Assembly: GCA_963742275.1 (NCBI GenBank)
Contig: CAVUKU010000003.1
Coordinates: 111,866 to 175,865, forward strand
Source of the DNA: an uncultured Solirubrobacterales bacterium
GTDB lineage: Bacteria; Actinomycetota; Thermoleophilia; Solirubrobacterales; Solirubrobacteraceae
Direction: 5' to 3'
Length of the DNA stretch: 64,000 nt
Part shown: in pieces, positions 47,628-57,065 of the stretch
How positions within the stretch are numbered: the stretch's first letter is position 1
Layout: every line of letters starts with the position of its first letter
Notes under the pieces: model-generated
Database searches by the model: none
What the model saw: the letters and a program-made list of their open reading frames with translations, nothing else
What the model was told of the DNA's origin: nothing
Program-made: the position numbers and the translations under genes

Positions 47628-48035
47628 GCCGATAGCGGTCGCCAACCCGGCGGTCGTCGCGGCGAGAAACACCGGGAGAATCGTTAGATCGGGCGAGGCC
47701 GCGGCGCCGAAAGGAACCATCACCGCCGCCAGTCCACGAACCTGATCGTGGGTATGGACATGATCGTGGGTATGGGTATGGGTATGGGTGTTGTGGGCGT
47801 GGGTGTGGTGGTGCCCGCGTCCGCTCAGCTCGAGAATCGCGAACCCCAGACCGGTGAGGATCAGAACGCAGCCGATGATGGCGTCCTGCGCACCCTGCAC
47901 AGTCGAACGGAACTGCAGGCCCACCACGACGATCACGCCTCCCAGCGCGATCGAGACGAGCACGTGCGCCACGCCCGCGAGGCCTGAGAGTCGTGCAACG
48001 CGGGCGAGCGAATAGCGGCGCGTCCATCTTAACAT
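47457..48035 (-). pseudogene. His-rich membrane protein (Ni/Co transporter-like), apparently 5'-truncated
   Basis: TMs flanking HHHTHAHNTHTHTHTHDHVHTHD; ASPDLTILP; no N-terminal PDHW-type segment. Confidence 0.55.
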
Positions 48036-48045
48036 GAACACGTAG

Positions 48046-48483
48046 TCAGCTATTGATGCCGCAGGTCCGCTCGGGCGCGGCCCGCGGAGGCCGTCTGCGT
48101 GCCGCTTTGCGTCCCCGCAGCCATCCATAGGCGAGCGACGTCACGCAGGCCAGCAGCCCGATCAGGACAAGCAGCGCGACAATCGCGAGGCCGGGCGCGA
48201 GCACGATCGCTCCCAGCGCGAGCGTGAGACCGATCGCCAGATCGATCGCCAGCGTGCGTCTACGGCGGGCTCGTGCGGCGACTGCGCGGCGGTGCTGGAC
48301 CGACCCCGGGCGCCCGCGAGGTGCACTCGCATGGCGGTGCGCGGAGTGGCTGTACTCGACCGGCGTCCACCCCTCCGCCGAGGCGTGGCCAACGACGAGC
48401 TCCCGCCGCTCCCCCGGCGAGGCCTGGCCACCGGCTGGCTCCCGCCTCTCCCCCGTCCCGGAGTGCGATAGCCGGGAGCTCAC
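48046..48483 (-). CDS. Hypothetical membrane protein
   Basis: GTG overlaps the dprE2 stop; one long hydrophobic hairpin. Confidence 0.55.
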   Translation of the reverse strand: MSSRLSHSGTGERREPAGGQASPGERRELVVGHASAEGWTPVEYSHSAHRHASAPRGRPGSVQHRRAVAARARRRRTLAIDLAIGLTLALGAIVLAPGLAIVALLVLIGLLACVTSLAYGWLRGRKAARRRPPRAAPERTCGINS

Positions 48484-49232
48484 AGCGGGAGCCTCCTGAA
48501 CAGCGGACGGGGCAGCAGCCGCAGGATCGTCATCACCCAGCGCAGCTCGGCTGGCACCCACACCGTCTGGGCGCCGCGCCGCAGCCCGCGCACGGTGGCC
48601 CGCGCCACGGTCTCGGGGTCGCTCGCCAGCGGCGGCACGGGCAACCCGCGCGTCATACGCGTCCTGATGAACCCGGGCCGCACCACCATCACCCGCACGC
48701 CAGTACCCGCCAGTGCGTCGGCGAGACCGCGGGCGAGCGCGTCGAGCCCGGCCTTCGAGGCGCAGTACACGGCGTTCGCGGCGCGGGGGCGCTCAGCGGC
48801 GACGGAGGAGAGGACGACGATCGTGCCGCGCCCCGCCTCACGCATTGCGCGGGCGCTCTCCAGCAGCAGGGAGCCGGCGCCGCGGACGTTCACGTCGAGC
48901 ACCTCCACGGCGCCGCGTAGATCGTCGGGCAGGCCGCCGCGCTCGCCAAGGAGGCCGACGGCGAGGATCACGAGGTCGACGCCACCCAACAGCTCGATCC
49001 CGCGCGCAAGCGCCGCGCGGTGGCTCTCGGGCTCGCGCGCCTCCAGTGCGAGGGTCTCCACGCGTGCGCAGCCGGCAGAGCGTAACTGCTTGGCCGTCTC
49101 GTGCAGGCCCTCCTCGCTGCGGCCCGCGAGCGCGACCTCGCAGAGCCCTCCGCTCGCCAGCTCGCGCACGATCGCGGTGGCGATCTCGGAGGTGCCGCCG
49201 AGCACAAGCACGCGCGGGAATGCCTCGCTCAT
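48480..49232 (-). CDS. dprE2: Decaprenylphospho-2-keto-erythropentose reductase-like SDR
   Basis: VLGGTSEIA, SSVAAERPRAANAVYCASKAG, VRPGFIRTRMT; coupled to dprE1. Confidence 0.85.
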   Translation of the reverse strand: MSEAFPRVLVLGGTSEIATAIVRELASGGLCEVALAGRSEEGLHETAKQLRSAGCARVETLALEAREPESHRAALARGIELLGGVDLVILAVGLLGERGGLPDDLRGAVEVLDVNVRGAGSLLLESARAMREAGRGTIVVLSSVAAERPRAANAVYCASKAGLDALARGLADALAGTGVRVMVVRPGFIRTRMTRGLPVPPLASDPETVARATVRGLRRGAQTVWVPAELRWVMTILRLLPRPLFRRLPL

Positions 49233-50704
49233 CCGCAGAGCCCCAGCCGTCGGCCCATGTCCGAGCGCAGCACCCCGTCGGGGTCTACGCGCCCGCGTAG
49301 GTCCGCGAAGCGCCCGAGCTCCGGGTACATCGCGGCCAGCATCTGCGGACGCAGGCGGGCATCCTTGGCGAGATACACCCGGCCTCGCGCGGCGGCAACC
49401 AGCTCGTCGGCCTCCTCCAGCGCGCCGTACAGCCCGGGCGCGCCGGCGGGGAGGTCGATTGCAAGCGTGAGGCCCTCGATCGGGAACGACAGCGGACCGC
49501 CCGTGCCGGGGCCGAAGCGCTTGAGGACCGCGAGGTACATCGGCTGGCGGCGTTCGCGCAGCGTGTGGACGACGCGCAGGAGCGCCTCCTCCTGCCCGCG
49601 CGGCACCGCGAACTGGTACTGCAGGAGGCCCGCGGGCCCATACAGCCGGCTCCACTCGCCGAGCACGTCGAGCGGGAAGAGCTGCTGGCTCATGCTCAGC
49701 GACCGCCCGCGCTCGCTGCGCGGCGCCGAGCGCCAGTACACGGCGTTGAACGCCCGCACCGCAGCAGGGCGCAGGAGCCCTCCGGGAAAGCCGCGCGGGA
49801 CGGTGAAGCGCGGGCGCATCGTGAACGGCGCCTTGCCCCGCCCGCGCTCGGCGGAAGAGGGAGACTCATCCTTGGAGGAGTCAGCCTCGCCCTCAGAAGA
49901 GAGAGCCTCGGAGGAGAGGGAGGAGGATTCGTCGGAACGGGTCAGGACCGAGCGGCCGAACGCGGGGCCCTCGGCAAGCAGGTCGACCCACGCGATCGCG
50001 TAGCGATGGGACTGCTCGCCCGAGATCAGCGCGATCGCCCGGTCGAGCGTGTCGAGGCGCTCGATATCCGCAACCGCGTGGGCGGAGCGCATCGGCGCCA
50101 CGCGCAGCGCGGCCTCCACGACCACCCCCGTCAGGCCCATCCCGCCGAGGGTCGCGTCGAAGAGGTCATGGTCGCGCGCTGCGGAGACCAGGCGCGGCCC
50201 ATCCGCCGGGGTGCACAGCGTCAGGGACTCCACGTGCCGTGCCAGGCTGCCGTCACGGAGGTGGTTCTTGCCGTGCACGTCGCTGGCGATCGCGCCACCG
50301 ACGGTCACGCGCCTGGTACCGGGCACGACGGGCAGCGTGAGCCCGCGCGCAGCGAGGAACAGCAGGGTCTCCGCGAACGTCCTCCCCGCGCCAACGCGTA
50401 CCGCTCCGTGCTCGCGGTCGAGCGTGAGCCCCCCGCGCAGAGCCGTCGCGTCGATCACTACCCCGCCCCCGTTCTGCGCGGCGTCTCCGTAGCTGCAACC
50501 CGCTCCCCGCGCGATCGCGCCGCCCACGGCGGCCTCCGAGGAGACGAGTGCATCGGCGACCTCCGCGCAGACGCGGGGCCGCAGCAATCGTGCCCGTGTG
50601 GGGGCCGTGCGCCCCCACCCGCAGAGCAGCCGCTGCTCGTGCGGGGCCCCCCGGGGAGCTGGTCCGGTGAGCGCCGGCAGGATGTCAGCCGGCGACATAC
50701 ACAC
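49229..50704 (-). CDS. dprE1: Decaprenylphosphoryl-ribose oxidase-like FAD oxidoreductase
   Basis: GWGRT, RGAGCSYGDAAQN, VPGT..VTVGGAIASDVHGKNH, LQYQF, LSFP, RVYLAKD. Confidence 0.88.
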   Translation of the reverse strand: MCMSPADILPALTGPAPRGAPHEQRLLCGWGRTAPTRARLLRPRVCAEVADALVSSEAAVGGAIARGAGCSYGDAAQNGGGVVIDATALRGGLTLDREHGAVRVGAGRTFAETLLFLAARGLTLPVVPGTRRVTVGGAIASDVHGKNHLRDGSLARHVESLTLCTPADGPRLVSAARDHDLFDATLGGMGLTGVVVEAALRVAPMRSAHAVADIERLDTLDRAIALISGEQSHRYAIAWVDLLAEGPAFGRSVLTRSDESSSLSSEALSSEGEADSSKDESPSSAERGRGKAPFTMRPRFTVPRGFPGGLLRPAAVRAFNAVYWRSAPRSERGRSLSMSQQLFPLDVLGEWSRLYGPAGLLQYQFAVPRGQEEALLRVVHTLRERRQPMYLAVLKRFGPGTGGPLSFPIEGLTLAIDLPAGAPGLYGALEEADELVAAARGRVYLAKDARLRPQMLAAMYPELGRFADLRGRVDPDGVLRSDMGRRLGLCG

Positions 50705-51785
50705 CGCAAACGAACACCGCGAGCCACGCGGCGGCCATGCTCAGCAGGAAGCCGTCGTGGAGCACGAGCTCCTCGGGAGCCTGACCCTCCCCGCCGTCGA
50801 TCAGCAGCGCGTAGCGCAGCAGCCACAGCACGAACGGGATCACTGTCAGCTCATACCACGAGAGCTTCGCGCTGTGCGCGCGCTGGAACGCCCACAGGCA
50901 GTACCCCGTGGTGGTGACCGTGGCGGCCAGCCCGAGCACGAAGCGCAGGTACTGAGCCGAGTACGTGCGCAGCGGTGCCCGCACGATCCCGGCGGGCTCG
51001 CCGCCGGTCAGCTCGGCGTAGCGCTTGCCCACGACCAGGAACAGCGCGCCGAACGACGTGACGAGGATGAACCAGCGAGAGACCGGCACCGAGGTGGCCA
51101 CCCCGCCTGCCAGCGCTCGCAGCACGAACCCGCCCGCGACCGCCGCGATGTCGGCCACCGCGATGCTGCGACACCACAGGGTGTAGCTGGCGGTGAGCGC
51201 CAGGTAGCCCGCGCCGACGCCGGCGAGCGCGGGACGCACAACAGCTGCGAGCGCGAGGCCAGCGATCGCGAGCGCCAACGCCGCCGCTACCGCCACCCGC
51301 ACGGAGAGCTCACCCGAGGCGATCGGCCGCTCGCGCCTGCGGGGATTGTGGCGATCCTCGGCGAGGTCGTGCACGTCGTTGAGCAGATAGGTGGAGCTCG
51401 AGAGCATGCAGAAACACGCGAAGGCCAGCACCACCTTGCCGGCCACGTCCGGGTGTGTGAGGATGCCCGCCGCGCCGGGGGCCGCCACGACCAGCACGTT
51501 CTTGACCCACTGCCGGGGCCGGCAGGCGCGTACCAGGGCGCCGAGCCGTCGGGGTTCGGCCGCTCCGAGCAGTCGCGGTTCGGCCGCTCCGAGCAGTCGA
51601 GGGTCGGCCGCCCCGAGCAGTCGAGAGTCGGCCGCCCCGAGCAGTCGAGAGTCGGCCGCTCCCAGCGATGGGAGATCGGCCGCTCCGTGGCGCCCGGGTG
51701 CGTCTGGGATCTGCTCAACTCGTGGGGCCGGCGGTATCGGGCTGATGCGGGCTATGGCACTACATCTAACTTGGGTGCGGCTCAA
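50685..51785 (-). CDS. Decaprenyl-phosphate phosphoribosyltransferase (UbiA family)
   Basis: RPRQWVKNVLV, YLLNDVHD...DR.NP....RPIASG, GFVLR, KRYAEL, PEE; start uncertain. Confidence 0.88.
   Translation of the reverse strand: MSRTQVRCSAIARISPIPPAPRVEQIPDAPGRHGAADLPSLGAADSRLLGAADSRLLGAADPRLLGAAEPRLLGAAEPRRLGALVRACRPRQWVKNVLVVAAPGAAGILTHPDVAGKVVLAFACFCMLSSSTYLLNDVHDLAEDRHNPRRRERPIASGELSVRVAVAAALALAIAGLALAAVVRPALAGVGAGYLALTASYTLWCRSIAVADIAAVAGGFVLRALAGGVATSVPVSRWFILVTSFGALFLVVGKRYAELTGGEPAGIVRAPLRTYSAQYLRFVLGLAATVTTTGYCLWAFQRAHSAKLSWYELTVIPFVLWLLRYALLIDGGEGQAPEELVLHDGFLLSMAAAWLAVFVCGVYVAG
51541..51684. repeat. 24-bp tandem repeat x6 in the UbiA 5' region (GAADSRLL-like units)
   Basis: Unit CCGAGCAGTCGAGAGTCGGCCGCC with variants. 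Confidence 0.9.
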
Positions 51786-51860
51786 CCGTGGGTGAAAATG
51801 CTCTTAGGATGCGGCTCCTTTTAGAAGCGCGAAAGGCACGGGAGCCTACGATCTGAGGCG

Positions 51861-53084
51861 ATGGAGCTGCACACCCCTGCGCCCCGCCTGCCCCGCGCGG
51901 CGCTGCCCACGAGACAAAAGCTCCCCTCCATGCGCCCCGCGCAGCGTCTACGACGGATGCTGCTGGCGGCCTGCCTGCTGGCGCTGGTCCCGGTGCTCTT
52001 CTCCTACGTGACCACGATGCTCGAACCCTCCAACTCGAGCCTCGGAATCCGCTCGGTGGAGTGGCTGCGCAACCACGGAGCCGCCGGCCTGGTCACGAAG
52101 ATCGAGTCGATCTACTACACCCTCGAGGCCCCCGCCAAGGGCGGACCGGCGCTGCACGCACTGCCGAGGGTCGGCATCGCGGCGACGGGCACAGGGGCCG
52201 GCGGCGTCTCCGGAGCCCGCAGGTCGGAGGGAAGGGTGGGATCGGGGACCCGAACTCTCGATCGCCCGCCCCGCGTGCGGCCGCTTGCATACCCCCCGCT
52301 CCCCGGCGAGGGCGTCTGGCACTCCACGCAGGCGGGGGAGAGTGCCACCGATCCTCCGCTGCTGCTCACCACCTTCCGCAGCGACCCCTCCGAGTACCCG
52401 CGCCTCGTGGCGGGGGTGGCGTGGATCAACACCTCGCGCACCACCATCGCGCTGTACCCCGGACGCCTGGAGCCCTCCGTCGAACTGCCCTCGCGGGGTG
52501 CAATGGAGGTGCCGCCGCGCTACCGCCACAAGCTGCTGGCGACCTTCAACAGTGGCTTCAAGCTCGTCGACGCAAACGGCGGCTGGGCGTTGTACGGGCA
52601 CACATACACGCCGATGCGCGACGGCCAGGCCACGTTCGTGCGCTACGCCTACGGGCGCTACGACGTGATCGCCTGGCACGCCGGCGCGGAAGTGCCCGGG
52701 GACGTGGTGTTCGCGCGCCAGAACCTCCCGCTGATCGTCTCCGGCGGGCGGCCCAACCCCAACCTCAACGACGGCCCCGAATGGGGCGCGACGCTCGGCA
52801 ACGCTGTGCAGGTGTGGCGCTCGGGAATCGGCGTGGACCGCCACGGCAACCTGATCTACGCCGCTGCGGACTACCAGACGGTCGGCAGCCTCGCGAGCAT
52901 CCTGATCCACGCGGGCGCGGTGCGCGCGATGGAGCTCGACATCAACTCCTACTGGGTCAGCTTCAACGCCTACGCTGAGCCCGGCGCCGGGCACCCCTCC
53001 AAGCTACTGGAAGGGATGGAACGCCCGGCCGAACGCTACCTCACCCCCGAGGACCGGGACTTCTTCGCGGTCTACCTGCGCTGA
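51861..53084 (+). CDS. Phosphodiester glycosidase (NAGPA-like) family protein
   Basis: N-terminal TM; ATFNSGF, RQNLPLIV, WRSGIG, AMELDIN. Confidence 0.75.
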   Translation: MELHTPAPRLPRAALPTRQKLPSMRPAQRLRRMLLAACLLALVPVLFSYVTTMLEPSNSSLGIRSVEWLRNHGAAGLVTKIESIYYTLEAPAKGGPALHALPRVGIAATGTGAGGVSGARRSEGRVGSGTRTLDRPPRVRPLAYPPLPGEGVWHSTQAGESATDPPLLLTTFRSDPSEYPRLVAGVAWINTSRTTIALYPGRLEPSVELPSRGAMEVPPRYRHKLLATFNSGFKLVDANGGWALYGHTYTPMRDGQATFVRYAYGRYDVIAWHAGAEVPGDVVFARQNLPLIVSGGRPNPNLNDGPEWGATLGNAVQVWRSGIGVDRHGNLIYAAADYQTVGSLASILIHAGAVRAMELDINSYWVSFNAYAEPGAGHPSKLLEGMERPAERYLTPEDRDFFAVYLR

Positions 53085-53140
53085 GCGCCGGACGGTCCCG
53101 GCACCGGCTCCACACACCTCGCGGGGCGGGGAGCTCCGCC

Positions 53141-54772
53141 TCACCGCGGAGACTGCACGGCGCTCGACATGGGAGCACGGATCGTCGCGGAAGGGGGAGT
53201 TCTCGCGGAGGGGGTCGCTGCGGAGGGGGCCGCTGTGAAGCGGGGCAACTCGAGCTCGATGCGTGCGCCTCCGGCGGGGCTCGCGCCGGCCGCGACCCCT
53301 CCGCCGTGAGCCTCGACGATCGCCCGCACGATCGCCAGGCCGAGGCCGGTCCCCCCGGAGGCGCGGTCGCGGGCGGCGTCGGTGCGGTGGAAGCGGTCGA
53401 ACACCCGCTCCCGCTGCTCGGCGGGGATCCCCGGTCCATCGTCCTCCACGGCGAAGCGGATGCGCCCCGCGCCCGGGCGCTCCACACGTAGACGCACGAG
53501 CCCCGACGCGGGGCGGGTCGTGTGCTCAATCGCGTTTGCGAGGAGGTTGCGTAGCGCCTGGGCGAGCCTGTCGGGATCGGCGATCAGCGTCCCGGCGGGC
53601 ACCTCGCCCAGCTCGAAGCGCCTCTCCGCGAGCAGCGTGGTCCCGTCCCAGAGCTCCCCGATGAAGCTCTCCAGGGCGATCGGCTCCAGACGCAGGAACT
53701 GCGTCTGCTCGGCCTTCGCGAGCAGCAGGAGGTCATCGACCAGGCGGGTGATGCGGGCGATCTCCGCCTGGGCGAGACGCTCGACGCGCCGCACCTCCAT
53801 GCCGGAGGGATCCTGCTGGGCGGCGAGCACCTCGAGCTGGCCGCGGATCACCGTCAGCGGAGTGCGCAGCTCGTGCGAGGCGTCGGCGACGAACGCGCGC
53901 TGGCCCGCGAACGCGTCGGTGAGGCGGTCGAGCATGTGGTTGAAGGAATCCGCGAGCACCCGCACCTCCTCGCCCTCGCGGGCGACGTCGTGGATGCGCG
54001 GGTGCAGGTCCCCCGCGTCCACCTGCGCGGCCACCGCGGCCATCCGCCGCAGCGGGCGCGAGAAGCGTGCGCCGATCAGCAACGACCCGAGCAGTGCGCC
54101 CGCGAGCGTGAGCAGGCCCGCGAGGATGAACGCACGTGCGACCCCGCGCTGCGCGCGCGCGACGCTCGCCAGCGGCTCCCCCACCCCGACGGTCACGAGC
54201 TGCCCGGCCCGCGACCGGACGCTCGGGATCCGCGCCTGGCGCTTGAGCAGGCGCAGGTAGCCGATGTCCGCCAGATCAAGGGTGGAGAACCCCCCGCGCA
54301 CGGTGAGCAGCCTGTGCGACAGGCGGTCCTCCTGCGCCTGCACGGCGACACTCTCGCCGTTGTCGGGCACGGGGTCTCCGAACAGCTCCGGCGTGTTGGT
54401 GGCGGTCCCGGCCCCCGGGACCAGCGCGAACAGCAGCGTGGAGCTCGCGTTGAAGGGCTGCCCGCTGATGAAGTCGCGGGCGACGGCGAGCGTCTGGCGG
54501 GAAGTGCGGGGGCGAGCGCTGGCGAGCGCGTGTGCGAGCTCGCCGGCGTCGCCGGCGATCTCGCTGTCGATCTGACGGTGCAACTGGGTGCCGGTGCCGC
54601 GGTAGACCGCCACGAAGGTGATCCCGGAGGAGACCACGACGACCAGCGCCACCCAGCCGGCGAGCCGCCAGCGCAGGCTGGCCGGAATCCAGCGCGGGCG
54701 CCGCTCCGCCGCGGCTGGCGATCGGCCAGAGCGAGGGTCTGGAGCTCCGCCCACCCCCTCCTCAGCCGGCAT
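53141..54772 (-). CDS. HAMP sensor histidine kinase
   Basis: FVADASHELRTP, NLLANAIEH, VEDDGPGIP, GGTGLGLAI. Confidence 0.95.
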   Translation of the reverse strand: MPAEEGVGGAPDPRSGRSPAAAERRPRWIPASLRWRLAGWVALVVVVSSGITFVAVYRGTGTQLHRQIDSEIAGDAGELAHALASARPRTSRQTLAVARDFISGQPFNASSTLLFALVPGAGTATNTPELFGDPVPDNGESVAVQAQEDRLSHRLLTVRGGFSTLDLADIGYLRLLKRQARIPSVRSRAGQLVTVGVGEPLASVARAQRGVARAFILAGLLTLAGALLGSLLIGARFSRPLRRMAAVAAQVDAGDLHPRIHDVAREGEEVRVLADSFNHMLDRLTDAFAGQRAFVADASHELRTPLTVIRGQLEVLAAQQDPSGMEVRRVERLAQAEIARITRLVDDLLLLAKAEQTQFLRLEPIALESFIGELWDGTTLLAERRFELGEVPAGTLIADPDRLAQALRNLLANAIEHTTRPASGLVRLRVERPGAGRIRFAVEDDGPGIPAEQRERVFDRFHRTDAARDRASGGTGLGLAIVRAIVEAHGGGVAAGASPAGGARIELELPRFTAAPSAATPSARTPPSATIRAPMSSAVQSPR

Positions 54773-55445
54773 GGCCAAGGCGGTAGCCGACCGCGCGCAC
54801 AGTGTGGATCGGCGCCGGGCTGTCCGCGCGGCGCAGCTTACGGCGCAGATACCCGATGTACACATCCACGATGTTGGTCGCCGGGTCGTGCTGGTAGCCC
54901 CACACCGCGCTCAGGATCTGCTCGCGCGAGAGCACCCGCCCGCGGTGGCGCAGCAGGTAGACCAGCAGCTCGAACTCGGTGGTCGAGAGCTGCACCGGCT
55001 CCCCCGCGCGCCGCACCCTGCGGGTTAGGAGCTCCACCTCGATGTCCCCCGCGCGCAGCGTCGTGCCGGCGTCCTGCGAGGCGCTGCGCAGCTGGGCGCG
55101 CACCCGCGCGAGCAGCTCCGCGAGAGAGAAGGGCTTGACGAGATAGTCCACCGCCCCGGCGTCCAGGCCCGCGACGCGATCCTCGATCTCGCCCCTGGCG
55201 GTCAGCACGATCACCGGCAGGTTCGGCTTGGTCGCACGCAGGGAGGCGAGCACCTCCATGCCGCTCCTCCCCGGGAGCATCAGGTCGAGCACGACCGCGT
55301 CGAAGCTCTCCCGCAGTGCGCGCCGTTCGCCCTCCACCCCGTCCAGCTCGGCCTGGACCGCGAAGCCCTCCGCCTCCATCCCGCGCCGAACGAAGTCCAC
55401 GATCCCCGGCTCATCCTCGACCAGCAGGATCGACGGTTGCGTCAT
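54762..55445 (-). CDS. OmpR-family response regulator
   Basis: ILLVEDE, LDLMLPG, GAVDYLVKPF, NIVDVYIGYLRRKL, TVRAVGY. Confidence 0.95.
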   Translation of the reverse strand: MTQPSILLVEDEPGIVDFVRRGMEAEGFAVQAELDGVEGERRALRESFDAVVLDLMLPGRSGMEVLASLRATKPNLPVIVLTARGEIEDRVAGLDAGAVDYLVKPFSLAELLARVRAQLRSASQDAGTTLRAGDIEVELLTRRVRRAGEPVQLSTTEFELLVYLLRHRGRVLSREQILSAVWGYQHDPATNIVDVYIGYLRRKLRRADSPAPIHTVRAVGYRLGHAG

Positions 55446-55591
55446 CGCCTCCTGGGTGAGCTCCGTGGAACTCCGCATCCTGTTCAGGATAAGGCCGCCG
55501 ACGCGGCGCCCCCTCGGAGACAGAGTGATCCTATGAGCTCTCTCATCAGGCGATTACGCCACTCTTAGCGCCCACGCCGACACTCGTCTCG

Positions 55592-56266
55592 ATGGAGACC
55601 GAGACGGTGCTCAGGCCCCTGACCGCTGGAGGGAGCGAGGGTAACGAGCGGCTGACCGCGATCACCGGCGTGATCCTGATCGTCCTGCTGGCGGTGATCG
55701 GCGTGACGATCCTACGCCTGCACTCGACGCTGCTCTCCGTGCACCTGTTCGTCGGGCTATTGCTGATCGGGCCAGTCGTCGTGAAGCTCGCCAGCACCGG
55801 CTACCGCTTCGTGCGCTACTACACGCACAACCCGCGCTATCACAGCAAGGGGCCACCACCGGCCTATCTGCGAGCGATCGCCCCGATGGTGGTGCTCTCC
55901 ACCATCGTCGTTTTCGCCAGCGGGGTGGCGCTGCTACTGATCGGCCCCAGCTCACGCGGAGCGCTGCTGCCGATCCACAAGGTGAGCTTCTTCATCTGGC
56001 TCGCATTCACGGGCGTACACGTGCTCGGCCACCTGCCCGAGGTTAAGCGGGCGCTGAGCGGCGGACGAGAGCTCCGCGGCGCCGTGTTCGCCGGTGCGGC
56101 GTCCGCGCCCGGGCATGCCCGCGAGATGCACGACCTTCGCGCGGGGCGCGCCGGGCGCGCCGTCGTGCTCGCGGTGGGGCTCGTGTTGGGGCTCGTGCTG
56201 GCGCTGGCGCTGCTCCCCCAGTTCGGCCCCTGGCTGAGCTATCACCGCGTACTCCTCGACCACTGA
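55592..56266 (+). CDS. Membrane protein with conserved His (possible cytochrome b-like)
   Basis: GNERLTA, HLFVG, KLASTGYRF.RYY, HKVSF, HVLGH. Confidence 0.7.
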   Translation: METETVLRPLTAGGSEGNERLTAITGVILIVLLAVIGVTILRLHSTLLSVHLFVGLLLIGPVVVKLASTGYRFVRYYTHNPRYHSKGPPPAYLRAIAPMVVLSTIVVFASGVALLLIGPSSRGALLPIHKVSFFIWLAFTGVHVLGHLPEVKRALSGGRELRGAVFAGAASAPGHAREMHDLRAGRAGRAVVLAVGLVLGLVLALALLPQFGPWLSYHRVLLDH

Positions 56267-56473
56267 GGGTGCTTGAGATCCGGCCACTCAGGGTGAGGGA
56301 TGCTCTTGGCGGCAGGAGATCCGGCGGCCGAGGGTGATGGAGGCGGCCCGCGGCAGGGGCCGGGAGATCCGACGCCGAACACAGAGAACGTTATGGAACT
56401 TCTCACTTGCCCTTTAGCGGGGGATTGCGCAACCTGAGCACACTGCGGATGCAGCCTCACCACCGATCGCTCG

Positions 56474-57049
56474 ATGGACATGCTCGACAACCGCCACACA
56501 CCCAGCTCCCGCGACGCCGCGCTGCGCCGGCTGACCCGCTGTAACCGCTGGATGATCGCCGCCAGCGCGACTCTCACCGGGGTGCTCACCGCGGTCGCCG
56601 CCAGCGCCTTCCCCGGGAAAACGCTCAAACGGGCCAGCGCTGCGGGGGCTTTGAGTAGCGCACAGCACTCCACCGCGTCCAGGCGGAGCGCAGGCAAAGC
56701 CTCCGGGTCCTCCGGCGGCTCGCCGAAAGCGATCCAGCCTCCCGCCCAGGCCCCGCAGTCGAGCGGCACCCAGGAATCCACCACGCCCCACGAATCCTCC
56801 CCCTCCGGGGAAGCCTCGGCCGCGGCGCCCTCGCAGGAACCGGCCCCCAGCCAGGAAGCCGCCCCAAGCCAGGAAGCCGCCCCATCGCAGGAACCCAACC
56901 CCAGTCAGAGCTCCTCGCCCGCCCAGGAACCCGCCCCCAGCCAGGAAGCCTCGCCATCGCAGGAACCATCCCCCAGCCGGCAGGCGGCGCCTTCCGGGGA
57001 ATCTGCGCCCGCGCAGGAAAGCGGCCCCGTGGTCTCCGGCGGATCGTGA
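56474..57049 (+). CDS. Membrane-anchored Ser/Pro/Gln-repeat protein ending in VVSGGS
   Basis: N-terminal TM; SQEPAP/SQEAAP hexapeptide repeats at ~56830-57020. Confidence 0.7.
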   Translation: MDMLDNRHTPSSRDAALRRLTRCNRWMIAASATLTGVLTAVAASAFPGKTLKRASAAGALSSAQHSTASRRSAGKASGSSGGSPKAIQPPAQAPQSSGTQESTTPHESSPSGEASAAAPSQEPAPSQEAAPSQEAAPSQEPNPSQSSSPAQEPAPSQEASPSQEPSPSRQAAPSGESAPAQESGPVVSGGS

Positions 57050-57065
57050 GCGGGGGGCAGCTCCG

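Noticed and set aside
51541-51684. CRISPR array (also considered for 63699-63801 and 56830-57020)
   Set aside because: Repeats are contiguous with no unique spacers, and there are no cas genes
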